Below are positions 1 through 10,578 of a stretch of DNA of 46,871 nt, in pieces. Under the pieces are notes generated by a model. It worked only from the letters and a program-made list of their open reading frames with translations, made no database searches and was not told where the DNA came from. The translations under genes were made by a program, and so were the position numbers. How positions within the stretch are numbered: the first letter of the stretch is position 1; every line of letters starts with the position of its first letter. The stretch lies in the NCBI GenBank assembly GCA_019233085.1, contig JAFAMT010000416.1, positions 1 to 46,871 of the forward strand, read 5' to 3'. The stretch comes from Herbaspirillum sp. GTDB lineage: Bacteria > Pseudomonadota > Gammaproteobacteria > Burkholderiales > Burkholderiaceae_D.

Positions 1-1583
1 TGCTCGACGATGCGCCCGGCCTGCATCACCAGCACGCGATCGGCGATGTAGCGCACCACCGACAGGTCGTGGGAGATGAAGAGATAGGACAGGCCGAATT
101 CCTGTTTCAGGTCCACCAGCAGGTTCAGGATCTGCGCCTGCACCGACACATCCAGCGCCGAGACGGGTTCGTCGCAGATCACCAGCGCCGGCTTGAGCAC
201 CAGCGCGCGGGCGATGCCGATACGCTGGCGCTGGCCGCCCGAGAACTGGTGCGGATAGCGCGCCAGGGCGCTTTGCGGCAAGCCCACCAGGTCGATGATG
301 CGGGCAATGCGGGTGCGCCGCTCGTTGGCATCCCTGACGTCGTGGATCTGCAAGGCAGCATCGAGTATCTCGCGCACGCTGTGACGCGCATTGAGCGAGG
401 CATACGGGTCCTGGAACACCATCTGTATGCGCCGGCGCAGGGGGCGCATGGCCTTGCGATCGAGCCGGGCGATATCCCGGCCCTCCAGCAGGATGCGACC
501 GCTGCGGCTTTCCTCCAGGCGGATGATGGCGCGTGACAGGGTCGATTTTCCGCATCCCGATTCGCCCACCAGGCCTACGGTCTCGCCGGGAGCGATATCC
601 AGGCTCACCCCGCGCACGGCATGCAACAGCCCCTTGGGCGAGGCATAGTCCACGTGCAGGTCCTGTACCGACAGCAAGGGCGGGCCATCGGCAAGCACCG
701 CCCGGGGTGGCTGGGTCAGGGTGGTCGCCGTGAGGCTGAACTGCAACTGGCCCTGTGCGTCGGGCTGGCTGAGGATTTCCGGCAGGCGTTGCTGGCGATA
801 GTGCAGGTCCTGCTCCAGTCGCAGGGACGCACCCAGCAGGCCCTGGGTATAGGGATGCCGGGCTTGTGCGAACAGTTGCGCCGTCGGGGCCTCTTCGACC
901 TTGTCGCCGCCAAACATGACCGCGACCTGATCGGCCCATTGTTCCACCACACCCAGGTCATGGGTGATCAAGAGCACCGCCATGCCCAGTTCACGACGCA
1001 ACTGGTCGAGCAGTTCCAGGATCTGCGCCTGCACGGTGACATCCAGCGCCGTGGTGGGTTCGTCGGCGATCAGCAGGCGCGGCCGGTTGGCCACGGCCAT
1101 GGCGATCATCACCCGCTGGCGCTGGCCGCCGGAGAGCTGGTGCGGATAGGCATCGATGCGGCGGGCCGGATCGGGAATGCGCACCAGCGCCAGCAGTTCC
1201 AGCGCCCGCGCCCGTGCGGCCCGCTGATCCAGCGGCTGGTGCAGGCGGATCGCTTCGATCAGTTGCTGGCCGATGGACAGCACCGGATTCAGCGAGGTCA
1301 TGGGCTCCTGGAAGATCATCGAGATGGCGCTGCCGCGCAGGGCAACCAACTCCCGCTCAGGCAGGGCCAGCAGGTCGCGCCCTTCGAAGAGGACCTGACC
1401 CGACACCTGCGCCGAGGGCCCCAACAGGCGCAGCAGCGACAGCGCCGTGGTGGACTTGCCGCAACCCGACTCGCCCACCAGGGCCACGGTCTGGCCGGCA
1501 GCGATGCTCAAGTCCAGGCCGCGCACTGCCTGGTGCTGGCCGAAGCTGACCTTGAGATCACGAATCTCGAGCAAGGATGACAT
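1..1583 (-). CDS. Dipeptide/oligopeptide-type ABC transporter ATP-binding protein with two fused ATPase domains (3' end beyond window)
   Basis: Read manually on the minus strand: starts [15 protein letters not shown] at 1583. Two Walker A motifs (GESGCGKST near 1470 and 555), [16 protein letters not shown] signatures and [16 protein letters not shown]. No stop before the window edge, so it is absent from the ORF track. Confidence 0.9.
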   Translation of the reverse strand, partial: MSSLLEIRDLKVSFGQHQAVRGLDLSIAAGQTVALVGESGCGKSTTALSLLRLLGPSAQVSGQVLFEGRDLLALPERELVALRGSAISMIFQEPMTSLNPVLSIGQQLIEAIRLHQPLDQRAARARALELLALVRIPDPARRIDAYPHQLSGGQRQRVMIAMAVANRPRLLIADEPTTALDVTVQAQILELLDQLRRELGMAVLLITHDLGVVEQWADQVAVMFGGDKVEEAPTAQLFAQARHPYTQGLLGASLRLEQDLHYRQQRLPEILSQPDAQGQLQFSLTATTLTQPPRAVLADGPPLLSVQDLHVDYASPKGLLHAVRGVSLDIAPGETVGLVGESGCGKSTLSRAIIRLEESRSGRILLEGRDIARLDRKAMRPLRRRIQMVFQDPYASLNARHSVREILDAALQIHDVRDANERRTRIARIIDLVGLPQSALARYPHQFSGGQRQRIGIARALVLKPALVICDEPVSALDVSVQAQILNLLVDLKQEFGLSYLFISHDLSVVRYIADRVLVMQAGRIVE

Positions 1584-1598
1584 GATGGAATCCCGTCT

Positions 1599-2147
1599 TC
1601 AGGCGGCCAGCCCGGTTGGCTGGTATTGCGCTTCCAGTTGCACGTCCAGTGCCTCGTTGAAGCGGGCAAAGAAGGCGCACAGGGCCGCGCGCAGCGTCAG
1701 TTCGACGATCTGCGACTCGTTGAAATGCTCGCGCAGGCGCGCCACCAGCGAATCGCCCACACGCTGCCGGGTCACCGCCAGCGCATAGTCGCGCACCAGC
1801 AGCTCAAGCGGGCCCAGGCCGGGCACATCGGGTTCGAGGATGCGCTCGACGGTCTCGGCCGAGACCTGTTCGGCGCGCAGCTTGGGCGCATGATGCGACA
1901 CGCAATAGCTGCATTCATTGGCGCGCGAGGCGGTCACCAGGACGATTTCCAGGTGCAGGCGCGAGATATTGCCCTCGGCGGCAAAGCCCAGCAACAGGCC
2001 GTAGAGGTGTTCGATGGAGGCAGGCCGGTGGGCCAGCACCCCCAGCATGTTGCCGAAGGCGCCATATTCGGCCTCGACCTTCTCGAAGATGCTGCGGGCC
2101 GGGCCCGGCGGGAGCTGTGACGCTGACAGGGTGGAGACGCGTGCCAT
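1599..2147 (-). CDS. Carboxymuconolactone decarboxylase/AhpD-like (peroxidase-related) protein
   Basis: EIVLVTASRANECSYCVSHH motif (CxxC..HH) and C-terminal FNESQIVELT..FFARFNEALDV. Confidence 0.8.
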   Translation of the reverse strand: MARVSTLSASQLPPGPARSIFEKVEAEYGAFGNMLGVLAHRPASIEHLYGLLLGFAAEGNISRLHLEIVLVTASRANECSYCVSHHAPKLRAEQVSAETVERILEPDVPGLGPLELLVRDYALAVTRQRVGDSLVARLREHFNESQIVELTLRAALCAFFARFNEALDVQLEAQYQPTGLAA

Positions 2148-2156
2148 GACTTGTCC

Positions 2157-3023
2157 TTATTTGTGATCGCGCGGGTCCAGCACATCGGCCAGCCCGTCGC
2201 CCAGGAGGTTGAGGGCCAGCACCGTGATGACGATAGCCAGGCCCGGAATGGTGGTGATGTACCAGTCGGTGCGCAGCACTTCGCGGCCGGCGCCGACCAT
2301 GTTGCCCCAGCTGGCGGCATTGGGGTCGCCCAGGCCGAGGAAGGCCAGGCTGGATTCGGTCAGGATGGCGGTGGCCACCATCAGCGAGGCCGACACCAGG
2401 ATGGGCGTGGCCGCATTGGGCAGGATGTCGCGCAGCAGGATGCGGGCGTCCGAGGCCCCCAGCGCCACGCTGGCACGCACCATCTCGCCATGCCTCAACC
2501 GCAGGGCCTCGGCCCGCACCAGTCGCGCAAGACCAGGCCAGGCCGTCACACCGATGGCCAGGGCGATGGTCCATAGCGTCGGTTGCACCACGGCCACGAT
2601 GGCCAGGGCGAACAGGAAGGACGGGATGGTCTGGAAGAATTCGGTCACCCGCATCAGGGCTGCATCCAGCCAGCCTCCGTAGTAGCCGGCCAGCAGGCCG
2701 CCGCTGACACCCAGCAACAGGGCCAGCAGGGTCGAGACGGCGGCGATCAGCAGCGAGACGCGGGCGCCATGGAAGATGCCGGCCAGCAGGTCACGGCCCA
2801 GCATGTCGGTGCCCAGCAGGTAGGCCGGATCGGCACCCGGACGCAGGAAGGGCTCGGCCACCATGTCCAGCGGGTCGCCCGGGAACAACCAGCCGGCGCT
2901 AGCCGCCATGGCCAGCACCAGCAACAACAGCAGGCTGCCGGCCAGCGCCGAGGGGGAGCGCAACAGCCGCGACAGCGGGCCTTGCGTGGGGATGGCCGGC
3001 AAGGCCGGCGCCAGTGAAGTCAT
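2157..3023 (-). CDS. ABC transporter permease, DppC/OppC type
   Basis: LLGTDMLGRD, ARLVRAEAL, EAA-like loop RASVALGASDARILLRDILPN, ESSLAFLGLG. Start set at MTSLAP (3023). Confidence 0.9.
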   Translation of the reverse strand: MTSLAPALPAIPTQGPLSRLLRSPSALAGSLLLLLVLAMAASAGWLFPGDPLDMVAEPFLRPGADPAYLLGTDMLGRDLLAGIFHGARVSLLIAAVSTLLALLLGVSGGLLAGYYGGWLDAALMRVTEFFQTIPSFLFALAIVAVVQPTLWTIALAIGVTAWPGLARLVRAEALRLRHGEMVRASVALGASDARILLRDILPNAATPILVSASLMVATAILTESSLAFLGLGDPNAASWGNMVGAGREVLRTDWYITTIPGLAIVITVLALNLLGDGLADVLDPRDHK

Positions 3024-3036
3024 GACAGATCCCTCG

Positions 3037-4053
3037 TTACAGTCGGATGCGCGGATCGAGCCGCACGTAGATGGCATCGACGATCCAGTTGACCACGACG
3101 ACCACGGCCGAACTGCACAAGAGGATGCCAAGCAGGAGATTGAAATCGCGCTGGAACAGCGCCTCGAAGGCCAGGCGGCCCAGGCCCGGCCAGGAGAACA
3201 CGGTCTCCACCAGCACCGCGCCACCGGCCACGGCGCTGGCCTGTACGCCCAGCATGGTCACCAGCGGCAGCAGGGCGTTGCGCAGGACGTGCGCCAGCAG
3301 CACCCGTGGCGGCCGGGCACCCTTGGCCACGGCCGTACGCACGAAGTCCTGGCGCCTGACCTCGATCATGGCCGCGCGCATCAGGCGCGTATAGACCGCC
3401 ATGTAGAACAGGCCCAGGGTCAGGGCCGGCAATACCAGGTGGCGGGCCACATCCAGCACGTGGGCCAGGCCCGTATAGCCGGCCTCGACGGTGATCATGC
3501 CGCCTACCGGCAGCCAGTCCAGCCAGACCGAGAACACCACCACCAGCATCAGGCCGATCCAGAACAGCGGCGTGGCAAAGAACACCAGCGCCAGCAGCGA
3601 CACCAGCAAGTCGGTCAGCTTGCCGGCGCGGTAAGCCGCCAGGCTGCCCAGCACCACACCACCCACGGCGGCCAGCAGGATGCTGGCTCCCATGAGCAGC
3701 AGTGTGGCCGGAATGCGCTCGGCGATGAGCTGTATCACCGGCATGCCCTGGCGGAACGAGTAGCCCAGGTCACCCTGCAGCAGGTGTAGCAGGTATTTGC
3801 CGAACTGGACGGGCAGGGGCTGGTCCAGCCCGAACTGGGCGCGCAGGGCCGCCATGTACTCGGGCGTGGCCGCACCGGCCTCGCCGGCCAGCACCTGGGC
3901 GGCGTCACCCGGCGCCAGGCGCAGCAGGAAGAAATTGATCACCGCCACCCCCAGCACCACGGCCAGCAATTGCAGCAGGCGGCGGCCGGTGGCGCGCAGC
4001 AGGCTGCCCCGGCGCGGCAAGACGGGCGTGACGGCCTCGACACTGATGCTCAT
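3037..4053 (-). CDS. ABC transporter permease, DppB/OppB type
   Basis: LAPGDAA, GLDQPLPVQF, GDLGYSF, DFVRTAVAKG, VETVFSWPGLG. Start set at MSISVE (4053). Confidence 0.9.
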   Translation of the reverse strand: MSISVEAVTPVLPRRGSLLRATGRRLLQLLAVVLGVAVINFFLLRLAPGDAAQVLAGEAGAATPEYMAALRAQFGLDQPLPVQFGKYLLHLLQGDLGYSFRQGMPVIQLIAERIPATLLLMGASILLAAVGGVVLGSLAAYRAGKLTDLLVSLLALVFFATPLFWIGLMLVVVFSVWLDWLPVGGMITVEAGYTGLAHVLDVARHLVLPALTLGLFYMAVYTRLMRAAMIEVRRQDFVRTAVAKGARPPRVLLAHVLRNALLPLVTMLGVQASAVAGGAVLVETVFSWPGLGRLAFEALFQRDFNLLLGILLCSSAVVVVVNWIVDAIYVRLDPRIRL

Positions 4054-4060
4054 GCCGGCC

Positions 4061-5698
4061 TCAACGCTGCTTGGCGTCCGTATTGGCGCCGGCATTGGCG
4101 GCGACCTTGGCGCCATTGTCGAACCAGGCGTTCTTCAGCGAGCCATAGACCTGATCCACGCCGGCCACGGTGTCCTTGAGGCTGGATGACTGCACCGTGA
4201 AGAAGTGCAGTTCCAGCAGCGGCAGCGAGGGCAGGTCGGTCTGCACCTGTTGCTGCAGCTTCTTGAACAGGGCCACGCGCTCGCTCTCGCTGGGCGAACC
4301 CTGGGCCTGGCTGATCAGCTTGTCGGCTTCGGCGCTGCGGTAACCGGAGCCATTGCTCCAGGGGATGTTCTTGCCCACCGAATCGCTCCAGTAGGCACGG
4401 GTGACGCCGACCAGCGGATCGGCAAAACCGGCGAACCAGACCACGGACAGATCGAAGTCACGGTCACCATAGATGCGCTTGGTATAGGTGGGGGTGTCCT
4501 GGGCCCGCACATTGACCTCGATGCCGACGCGCTTCAGGGCGCTGCGGATGAATTCGCCGCTGCGCTTGAAGTCGTCGCCGTAGGGCAGGTAGTCCAGGTT
4601 GATCTTCAGGTGGGTACCATCGGGTCCGCGCTTGAGACCGGCTTCGTCCAGCAGGGCTTCGGCCTTCTTGGGGTCATAGCCGTATTGCGGCACATCGCTG
4701 GTATGGAATTGCTTCAGGGTCGAGACCACGGGGCTGTCGGCGGGCTTGCCGAAGCCATACCAGACCACCTTGTTGAAGGCGTTGCGGTCGATGGCATAGG
4801 CCAGCGCCTGGCGCACCCGCACGTCCTTGAAATAGGGGCGGTCCAGGTTGATGTCGACGAACAGCCAGGGCGAAAGCCACTCGTAGCCGCGCGTCTCCAG
4901 CTTCAGGCTGGGCAGCTTGGCCAGGCGCTCGGCATCCTTCAGCGGCACCGGCGAGAATGGCGCGTACTGGGCCTCGCCCTTTTCCAGGGCGGCGGCACGG
5001 GCACCGGCGTCAGGCACGATCTTGAAGACGATCTTGTCCAGGTAAGGCTTGCCCTTGTCCCAGTAATCGGGATTACGCTCCAGCGTGATGTAGTTGCCCC
5101 GGCTCCATTCCTTGAAGACGAAGGGGCCGGTACCCACCGGCTTGTTGTTGTAGGGATTGTTGAGGATGTCGGTCCCCTCGTAGAGGTGCTTGGGCAGCAC
5201 CTGCGCGCCATTGCTGTTGAGCGAACTGAGCACGGCCAGCGAGGGTTCGCTGAAATGGATGACCACCGTGTAGTCGTCCGGCGTGTCGGTGGAGGTGACC
5301 TTGCCGTAGAGGATCTGGTTGCGCGGGTGGATCTTCTTCCAGACGTTTTCCAGCGTCCACTTGACGTCGGCCGAGGTGAAGGGCCTGCCATCGTGCCACT
5401 TCACGCCACGGCGCAGGTAGAAGGTCAGGGTCTTGCCATCCTTGGAGAACTCCCAGCGCTCGGCCAGGGCCGGGCGCAACTTGAAGTCGTTGTCGTATTC
5501 CACCAGGCCGTCAAAGACATTGGCGCTGAAGAAGCCGGTCGGCGCGGCGGTATTGAGCGCCGAGGTGAGGATGACCGGTTCCGGCTGCACGATGGCGGTG
5601 AGCGTGCCACCCGGCACCGGTGGTGCGGCCTGCGCGACGCCGGCAATGGCCAGTACGGCGACACCCAGCAGGGTGCGCAATCGATGGAGTTGGAGCAT
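4061..5698 (-). CDS. ABC transporter substrate-binding protein, family 5 (paralog 2)
   Basis: Signal peptide ending VAQA, LRRGVKWHDGRPFTSADVKWT, PVGTGPF, YDPKKAEALLDEAG. Confidence 0.9.
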   Translation of the reverse strand: MLQLHRLRTLLGVAVLAIAGVAQAAPPVPGGTLTAIVQPEPVILTSALNTAAPTGFFSANVFDGLVEYDNDFKLRPALAERWEFSKDGKTLTFYLRRGVKWHDGRPFTSADVKWTLENVWKKIHPRNQILYGKVTSTDTPDDYTVVIHFSEPSLAVLSSLNSNGAQVLPKHLYEGTDILNNPYNNKPVGTGPFVFKEWSRGNYITLERNPDYWDKGKPYLDKIVFKIVPDAGARAAALEKGEAQYAPFSPVPLKDAERLAKLPSLKLETRGYEWLSPWLFVDINLDRPYFKDVRVRQALAYAIDRNAFNKVVWYGFGKPADSPVVSTLKQFHTSDVPQYGYDPKKAEALLDEAGLKRGPDGTHLKINLDYLPYGDDFKRSGEFIRSALKRVGIEVNVRAQDTPTYTKRIYGDRDFDLSVVWFAGFADPLVGVTRAYWSDSVGKNIPWSNGSGYRSAEADKLISQAQGSPSESERVALFKKLQQQVQTDLPSLPLLELHFFTVQSSSLKDTVAGVDQVYGSLKNAWFDNGAKVAANAGANTDAKQR

Positions 5699-5764
5699 GG
5701 TCTTCCCTCTGTGGTCGGTTGTTTGGTGCGTGTTGTGCTGCTGTGCAGGGGCTGGGGCGCTGCC

Positions 5765-7336
5765 TCAGTCCAGCCAGGCTTCCTTGAGCGAGCCCTGCGA
5801 CTGGTCACCCTGGGCATCGATGCCATGCAGGCGCGGCGAATGGAGGGTGAAGAAGTGCAGCTCCAGCAAGGGCAAGGTCGGCAGCTCGGACTGGGTGATC
5901 TGCTGGAAGCGCTTGAACAGGGCCACCCGCTCGGCCTGGGTCGCGGCGCCCTGGGCCTGCTCGATGATCTGGTCGACCTCCGCATTGCGATAGCCGGAGG
6001 CATTGGTCCACGGCACGTTCTTGCCGATCCAACCCGACCAGTACATGCGGGTCAGGCCGATCTGCGGATCGGGGAAGGAGGCGTTCCAGGAGATCGAGGT
6101 GTCGAAGTCGCGGTCCCCATAGACACGCTTGGTGAAGGCCGCCGTGTCCTGGCTGCGGATGTTGATCTCGATGCCGACGCGCTTGAGCGATTGCTTGAAG
6201 TATTCGGCAGTGCGACGGTAGTCGTCTCCGTAGGGCAGGTAGTCATTGTTGAGGGTGAAGCGCACGCCATCGGGGCCGCGCTTGAAGCCGGCCTCGTCCA
6301 GCAGGGCCTCGGCCTTCTTGGTGTCGTAGTCATAGCGCGGCACCGTGGCGTCGAAGAACTGCGTCAGGGCGCTGGGCACCACCGACACCGCGGGCTTGCC
6401 ATAGCCATACCAGACCACCTTGTTGAGGCCGTCCAGGTTGGTGGCATAGGCGATGGCGCGGCGCACGCGCACGTCCTTGAGGTACTTGTTGTCCAGGTTG
6501 AAGTCCACGTACATCACCGGCGAGGACCACTGGTAGCCATTGGTCTCGACCTTCACCTTGCCGGAGGCGGCCAGGCGCTGGGCTTCCTTGGGCGGCACCG
6601 GGCTGAAGACCGCATACTGGGCTTCGCCATTCTCCAGCAGGGCCGCACGGGCGCCGGCGTCGGGCACCACCTTGAAGACGATCTTGTCCAGGTAGGGCTT
6701 GCCCTTGTCCCAGTACTCGGGATTGCGCTCCAAAGTGATGTGGCTGCCACGCACCCATTCCTTGAAGACGAAGGCACCGGTGCCGATCGGCTTGTTGTTG
6801 TTGGGATTATTCAGTACGTCGCTACCCTCGTAGAGGTGCTTGGGCAGCACCGGCGCGCCCCAGGAATTCAGGGTCGACAGCAGGGCCAGCGATGGCTTGC
6901 TGAAGCGGAAGATGGCGGTCAGCTCGTCGGGCGTATCCACCTGCGTCAGGTTGACCAGGATGGCCTTGTTGCGCGGGTGCAGGGTCTTCCAGACGTTTTC
7001 CACCGACCACTTCACGTCGGCCGAGCTGAAGGGCTTGCCGTCATGCCACTTGACGCCGCGCCGCAGGTGGAAGGTGATGGCCAGGCCATCCTTGGAGACC
7101 TCCCAGCGCTCGGCCAGCTGGCCGTGGGCCTGCAGGTCCTTGTCATAGCTGAGCAGGCCGTCGTAGACGTTGGTGGCGATCAGCGAGGTCGGTTGGGCGG
7201 TGTTGACGGCGCCGGTCAGCGTGACCGGTTCGGGCTGGACGATGGCCAGCAGCGTGCCGCCCGACTTGGGGGCGGCCATGGCGATGCCGGACACGAAGAG
7301 GGAAGCCAAGACGAGATTGCGCAAGCGTATAGCCAT
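5765..7336 (-). CDS. ABC transporter substrate-binding protein, family 5 (paralog 1)
   Basis: Signal peptide ending IAMA, LRRGVKWHDGKPFSSADVKWS, PIGTGAF. Collinear with 4061..5698. Confidence 0.9.
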   Translation of the reverse strand: MAIRLRNLVLASLFVSGIAMAAPKSGGTLLAIVQPEPVTLTGAVNTAQPTSLIATNVYDGLLSYDKDLQAHGQLAERWEVSKDGLAITFHLRRGVKWHDGKPFSSADVKWSVENVWKTLHPRNKAILVNLTQVDTPDELTAIFRFSKPSLALLSTLNSWGAPVLPKHLYEGSDVLNNPNNNKPIGTGAFVFKEWVRGSHITLERNPEYWDKGKPYLDKIVFKVVPDAGARAALLENGEAQYAVFSPVPPKEAQRLAASGKVKVETNGYQWSSPVMYVDFNLDNKYLKDVRVRRAIAYATNLDGLNKVVWYGYGKPAVSVVPSALTQFFDATVPRYDYDTKKAEALLDEAGFKRGPDGVRFTLNNDYLPYGDDYRRTAEYFKQSLKRVGIEINIRSQDTAAFTKRVYGDRDFDTSISWNASFPDPQIGLTRMYWSGWIGKNVPWTNASGYRNAEVDQIIEQAQGAATQAERVALFKRFQQITQSELPTLPLLELHFFTLHSPRLHGIDAQGDQSQGSLKEAWLD

Positions 7337-7462
7337 GGTGAGGTCGATTCCTGATGCGCATTGCAGCGGACTGCTGCGCGTTTTCTTGTAGGGGGAGGGT
7401 CAGCGGCTGCCATGCCGGGCATGGGCCGAATGCGCTATTAGAACAAAGGGCAGGGCAACGCC

Positions 7463-7501
7463 GAACGAAGCATTGCGCATGAACTTGCGCGAAAAACGCA
7501 T
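7463..7501. promoter_or_regulatory. Putative shared operator upstream of the ABC-5 operon (sulfur-regulon-like box 1)
   Basis: GAACGAAGCATTGCGCATGAACTTGCGCGAAAAACGCAT aligns without gaps to 14903-14938 (23/36) and 19923-19961 (22/39). Confidence 0.45.
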
Positions 7502-7529
7502 GCTGCACGCTGGTGCAGCGTGCTTATGC

Positions 7530-7826
7530 TCAGACGGGCAGGGAGGGAAGGGAGCGCAGGAAGGACCAGGGATAGATGCCGCGATCATGGCCGTCATCGA
7601 ACACCAGCTGCACGCCATACTGGCCCACCGGCAGGATCTGCAGCAAGCTGATATCGGCTGCGGCTACGATTGTCCTGCCATGTCGCTGTCGCAGCGCGGT
7701 GCAATCGGCGCAGCGGCAGGCCAGGCGCAACTGGTGATGCGACAGCTGCTGGCGCTGGCCGTCATCCCATTCGATGTGCAGGCGGGCCGAGCCCGCGTGG
7801 TTGGTGAGGGTGAGGGCTTGCGGCAT
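7530..7826 (-). CDS. DUF971 / GBBH N-terminal-like small Cys-motif protein
   Basis: LHIEWDDG, LRLACRCADC, PVGQYGVQLVFDDGHDRGIYPWSFL. Confidence 0.85.
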   Translation of the reverse strand: MPQALTLTNHAGSARLHIEWDDGQRQQLSHHQLRLACRCADCTALRQRHGRTIVAAADISLLQILPVGQYGVQLVFDDGHDRGIYPWSFLRSLPSLPV

Positions 7827-7829
7827 GCT

Positions 7830-8798
7830 TCAGCGGTCGCGGCCGATCTGGTCCAGCGCCAGGCGCACCGACTTGCGCACCTCGGGATCGGGATCCTGTT
7901 CGGCCGCCAGCAGGGCCGGCAGCGCTGACGCATCGCCGATCTCGCCTAAGGCCAGCGCGGACTCCTTGCGCAGGTTGCTATTGCCGTGGGTGAGCGTGAC
8001 CAGCAAGGCATCCACGGCCCGGGCGTCGCGCAAGCGCCCCAGGCTGCGCGCCGCGCGCAGGCGTACCTGCCAGTAGGGATCCTCCAGGCTGGCGATCAGG
8101 GCTGGCACGGCCTCGGCCGGTTTGAGCTTGCCCAGGGTGGTGGCGGCTTCCTCCCGTACCAGCCAGTCCGCATCGCGCAACGCCGCCAACAGCGCGGGCA
8201 GGACGGCGTCGTCGCGGGAAAATCCGAGCGCGCCAGTCGCCGCACGCCGCACGTCGGCATGGGTATCGGCCACGGCCAATCGGGTCAGGGCGGCAATGGC
8301 CGACTCCTCTTTCAGATAGCCCAGTACCGCCACCGCCTCGCGGCGCACCTGGGCATCCTCGTGGGCCAGTGCTGCCAGGGCCGGCTCCAGGCTTTGCGGG
8401 ACGCGCAGCTCGCGCAGCCCGCGCAGGATGGCCACCCTTACCTTGGGCTGGGCCGCATGGGCTTGCGCCAGCAGCAGCGGCGCCGACGATGGCAGCTTCA
8501 GTTCGCTCAATGCATGGGCGGCAGCCTGGCGCACCTCGGCATCGGCATCCTGCAGCAGGGCGATGATGGCCGCGACGCTGTCCGGGCTTTCAAAGGCTTC
8601 CAGGGCGCGCACGGCTTCCAGGCGCACGGCGGCGGCTTCGTCGGCGAGCGCCTGGATCAGCAGGGGCGCATGTTCATCGCCGGCTTCGTCGATCAGGTCC
8701 AGCACCGCAACGCGGCGCACGGCCGCATCGGCATGGGCAAGGCGGGCGCGCCAGGGGGCGAGCTCGTCATCGAGGGTGGCGGGATGGCTGGAGGTCAC
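7830..8798 (-). CDS. HEAT-repeat (PBS lyase-like) protein
   Basis: About 10 repeats of the type L.D.D..VR..A...LG. GTG start. Confidence 0.88.
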   Translation of the reverse strand: MTSSHPATLDDELAPWRARLAHADAAVRRVAVLDLIDEAGDEHAPLLIQALADEAAAVRLEAVRALEAFESPDSVAAIIALLQDADAEVRQAAAHALSELKLPSSAPLLLAQAHAAQPKVRVAILRGLRELRVPQSLEPALAALAHEDAQVRREAVAVLGYLKEESAIAALTRLAVADTHADVRRAATGALGFSRDDAVLPALLAALRDADWLVREEAATTLGKLKPAEAVPALIASLEDPYWQVRLRAARSLGRLRDARAVDALLVTLTHGNSNLRKESALALGEIGDASALPALLAAEQDPDPEVRKSVRLALDQIGRDR

Positions 8799-8858
8799 AG
8801 GGTCTTTCCTTAACGGTCAATGCGGATGTCGCTGATGGCAGAATGCAGAAAGCAAAAT

Positions 8859-9710
8859 TCAGATGGCGAACTGGATCGCATCCATGGACGCAGCGACCTG
8901 CCCGCCCAGCGGGCTCAGGCGCTCCAGCGGAACGATCCGGGCCTCGGGATGCAGCAGCGCCAGGCAGTGGCGCTTGAGTTCGGTAAAGCGAGGCGAAGTC
9001 ACCAGGTCCGGGCCGCGCGGGCGCGGGAAGTCGATGGCCAGCTCCTCGATGATGCGCCCCGGGCGCGGACTCATCACGAGGATGCGGTCGGCCAAGAACA
9101 GGGCTTCGTCGATGTCGTGGGTGATGAACAGGATGGTGGTGCCGATGCTGCTCCAGACCTGCAACAGCAGCTCCTGCATCTTCAGGCGGGTCTGTGCGTC
9201 CAGGGCGCCAAAGGGTTCGTCCATGAGCATCACGCGCGGTGCGTTGATGAGCACGCGGGCAATCTCCACCCGCTGCTGCATGCCGCCCGAGAGCTGGGCC
9301 GGGTAGCTCTGCGCGAACTCTTCCAGGCTGACCAGGCGCAGCAATTGACTGGCCTTCTCAAGCCGTTCGGCACGGGCGACGCCCTTCATCTTCAAGCCGA
9401 AGGCCACGTTGTCTATCACCTTTTGCCAGGGGAAGAGGGTGTGGTGCTGGAACACCAGCCCGCGATCCGGGTGGGGGCCGTGCACCGGCTTGCCATCGAC
9501 ATGGACCAGGCCTGCGCTGGGCCGCAGATGCCCCGCCAAGGCGCCCAGCAGGGTCGACTTGCCGCAGCCGGACGGACCCAGCACGCAGACGAACTCGCCC
9601 GGGGCGATCTGCAGCGACACATCCTGCAGTGCCGTGAAGCGGCGTTGGCCAGCGCCCAGCTGGAGCCACAGGTGTTCGATGGCCACCTGGCCGGAAGAAG
9701 GAGTCTGCAT
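8859..9710 (-). CDS. ABC transporter ATP-binding protein, TauB/SsuB type
   Basis: [36 protein letters not shown]. Confidence 0.92.
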   Translation of the reverse strand: MQTPSSGQVAIEHLWLQLGAGQRRFTALQDVSLQIAPGEFVCVLGPSGCGKSTLLGALAGHLRPSAGLVHVDGKPVHGPHPDRGLVFQHHTLFPWQKVIDNVAFGLKMKGVARAERLEKASQLLRLVSLEEFAQSYPAQLSGGMQQRVEIARVLINAPRVMLMDEPFGALDAQTRLKMQELLLQVWSSIGTTILFITHDIDEALFLADRILVMSPRPGRIIEELAIDFPRPRGPDLVTSPRFTELKRHCLALLHPEARIVPLERLSPLGGQVAASMDAIQFAI

Positions 9711-9713
9711 GGT

Positions 9714-10565
9714 CTACCTTTGCAACAGATACCAGGGCATGAGCCAGGCCCCGAGCTTGCGGATGGCGGCGCTGCTACCCATGCCCAACAGGCCGATGAA
9801 CATCATGCCCACCACGATGTCGGCATAGTTCTGGATGGTGTAGGAGGCCCAGGTGTAATAACCGATGCCGAACTGGCCGGCGATCATCTCCGCGGTCACC
9901 AGGCAGAACCAGGCCGTGCCCATGCCGATGGACAGGCCGGTGACGATGCTGGGCGCGGCCGCCGGCAGCACCACCTGGGTCAGGATGGCGCGCGCGCCGC
10001 AGCCCAGGCTGCGCGCCGAGGCCACCAGGCGCGCATCGATACCTTCCACCCCGTGGATGGTATTGAGCAGGATGGGAAAGAGCGCACCGATGAAGGTGAT
10101 GAAGATCATCGACAGTTCAGACGAGGGGAACATCAGGATCGCCAGCGGAATCCAGGCCACCGCCGGGATCGGGCGCAGCAGCTCCAGCGGCGGCAGCAGC
10201 ACGTCGGCCAGCCAGCGCAGCCGGCCGATCAGCATGCCCAGCACGATGCCGGCCAGGGCAGCCAGGGCAAAGCCGGAAAACACCCGTACCACGCTGGCCC
10301 ACAGGTGGCTGGCCAGCCGGGGCGACTGCAGCAATGCCCAGGCCGCCGCCAGGACCTCGCGCGGCGCCGGGACATTCTGGAAAGTGACCAGGCCCAGGTT
10401 CACCCGATGCTGCGCGGCCCATTGCCAGAGCAGCAGGCAGAGCGTGACCGAGGCCACACGCAGCAGGTAGCGGCGCCAAGGGATGGCAACGGCGTTTGCC
10501 AGGCTAGCCTGCCTCGACTCATCTGGCAGCGATGTCGCCATGCTGGCGGGAGATCCCAGGCTCAT
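9714..10565 (-). CDS. ABC transporter permease, TauC/SsuC type
   Basis: LRPIPAVAWIPLAIL, LVASARSLG, VVLPAAAPSIVTGL, LVTAEMI. Start set at MSLGSP (10565). Confidence 0.9.
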   Translation of the reverse strand: MSLGSPASMATSLPDESRQASLANAVAIPWRRYLLRVASVTLCLLLWQWAAQHRVNLGLVTFQNVPAPREVLAAAWALLQSPRLASHLWASVVRVFSGFALAALAGIVLGMLIGRLRWLADVLLPPLELLRPIPAVAWIPLAILMFPSSELSMIFITFIGALFPILLNTIHGVEGIDARLVASARSLGCGARAILTQVVLPAAAPSIVTGLSIGMGTAWFCLVTAEMIAGQFGIGYYTWASYTIQNYADIVVGMMFIGLLGMGSSAAIRKLGAWLMPWYLLQR

Positions 10566-10578
10566 GTCGCACTCCCGT

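Noticed and set aside
4205-7354. 1049-aa plus-strand ORF
   Set aside because: Antisense shadow of the two SBP genes, as expected from high-GC codon bias. No recognisable domain, and it mirrors their duplication.
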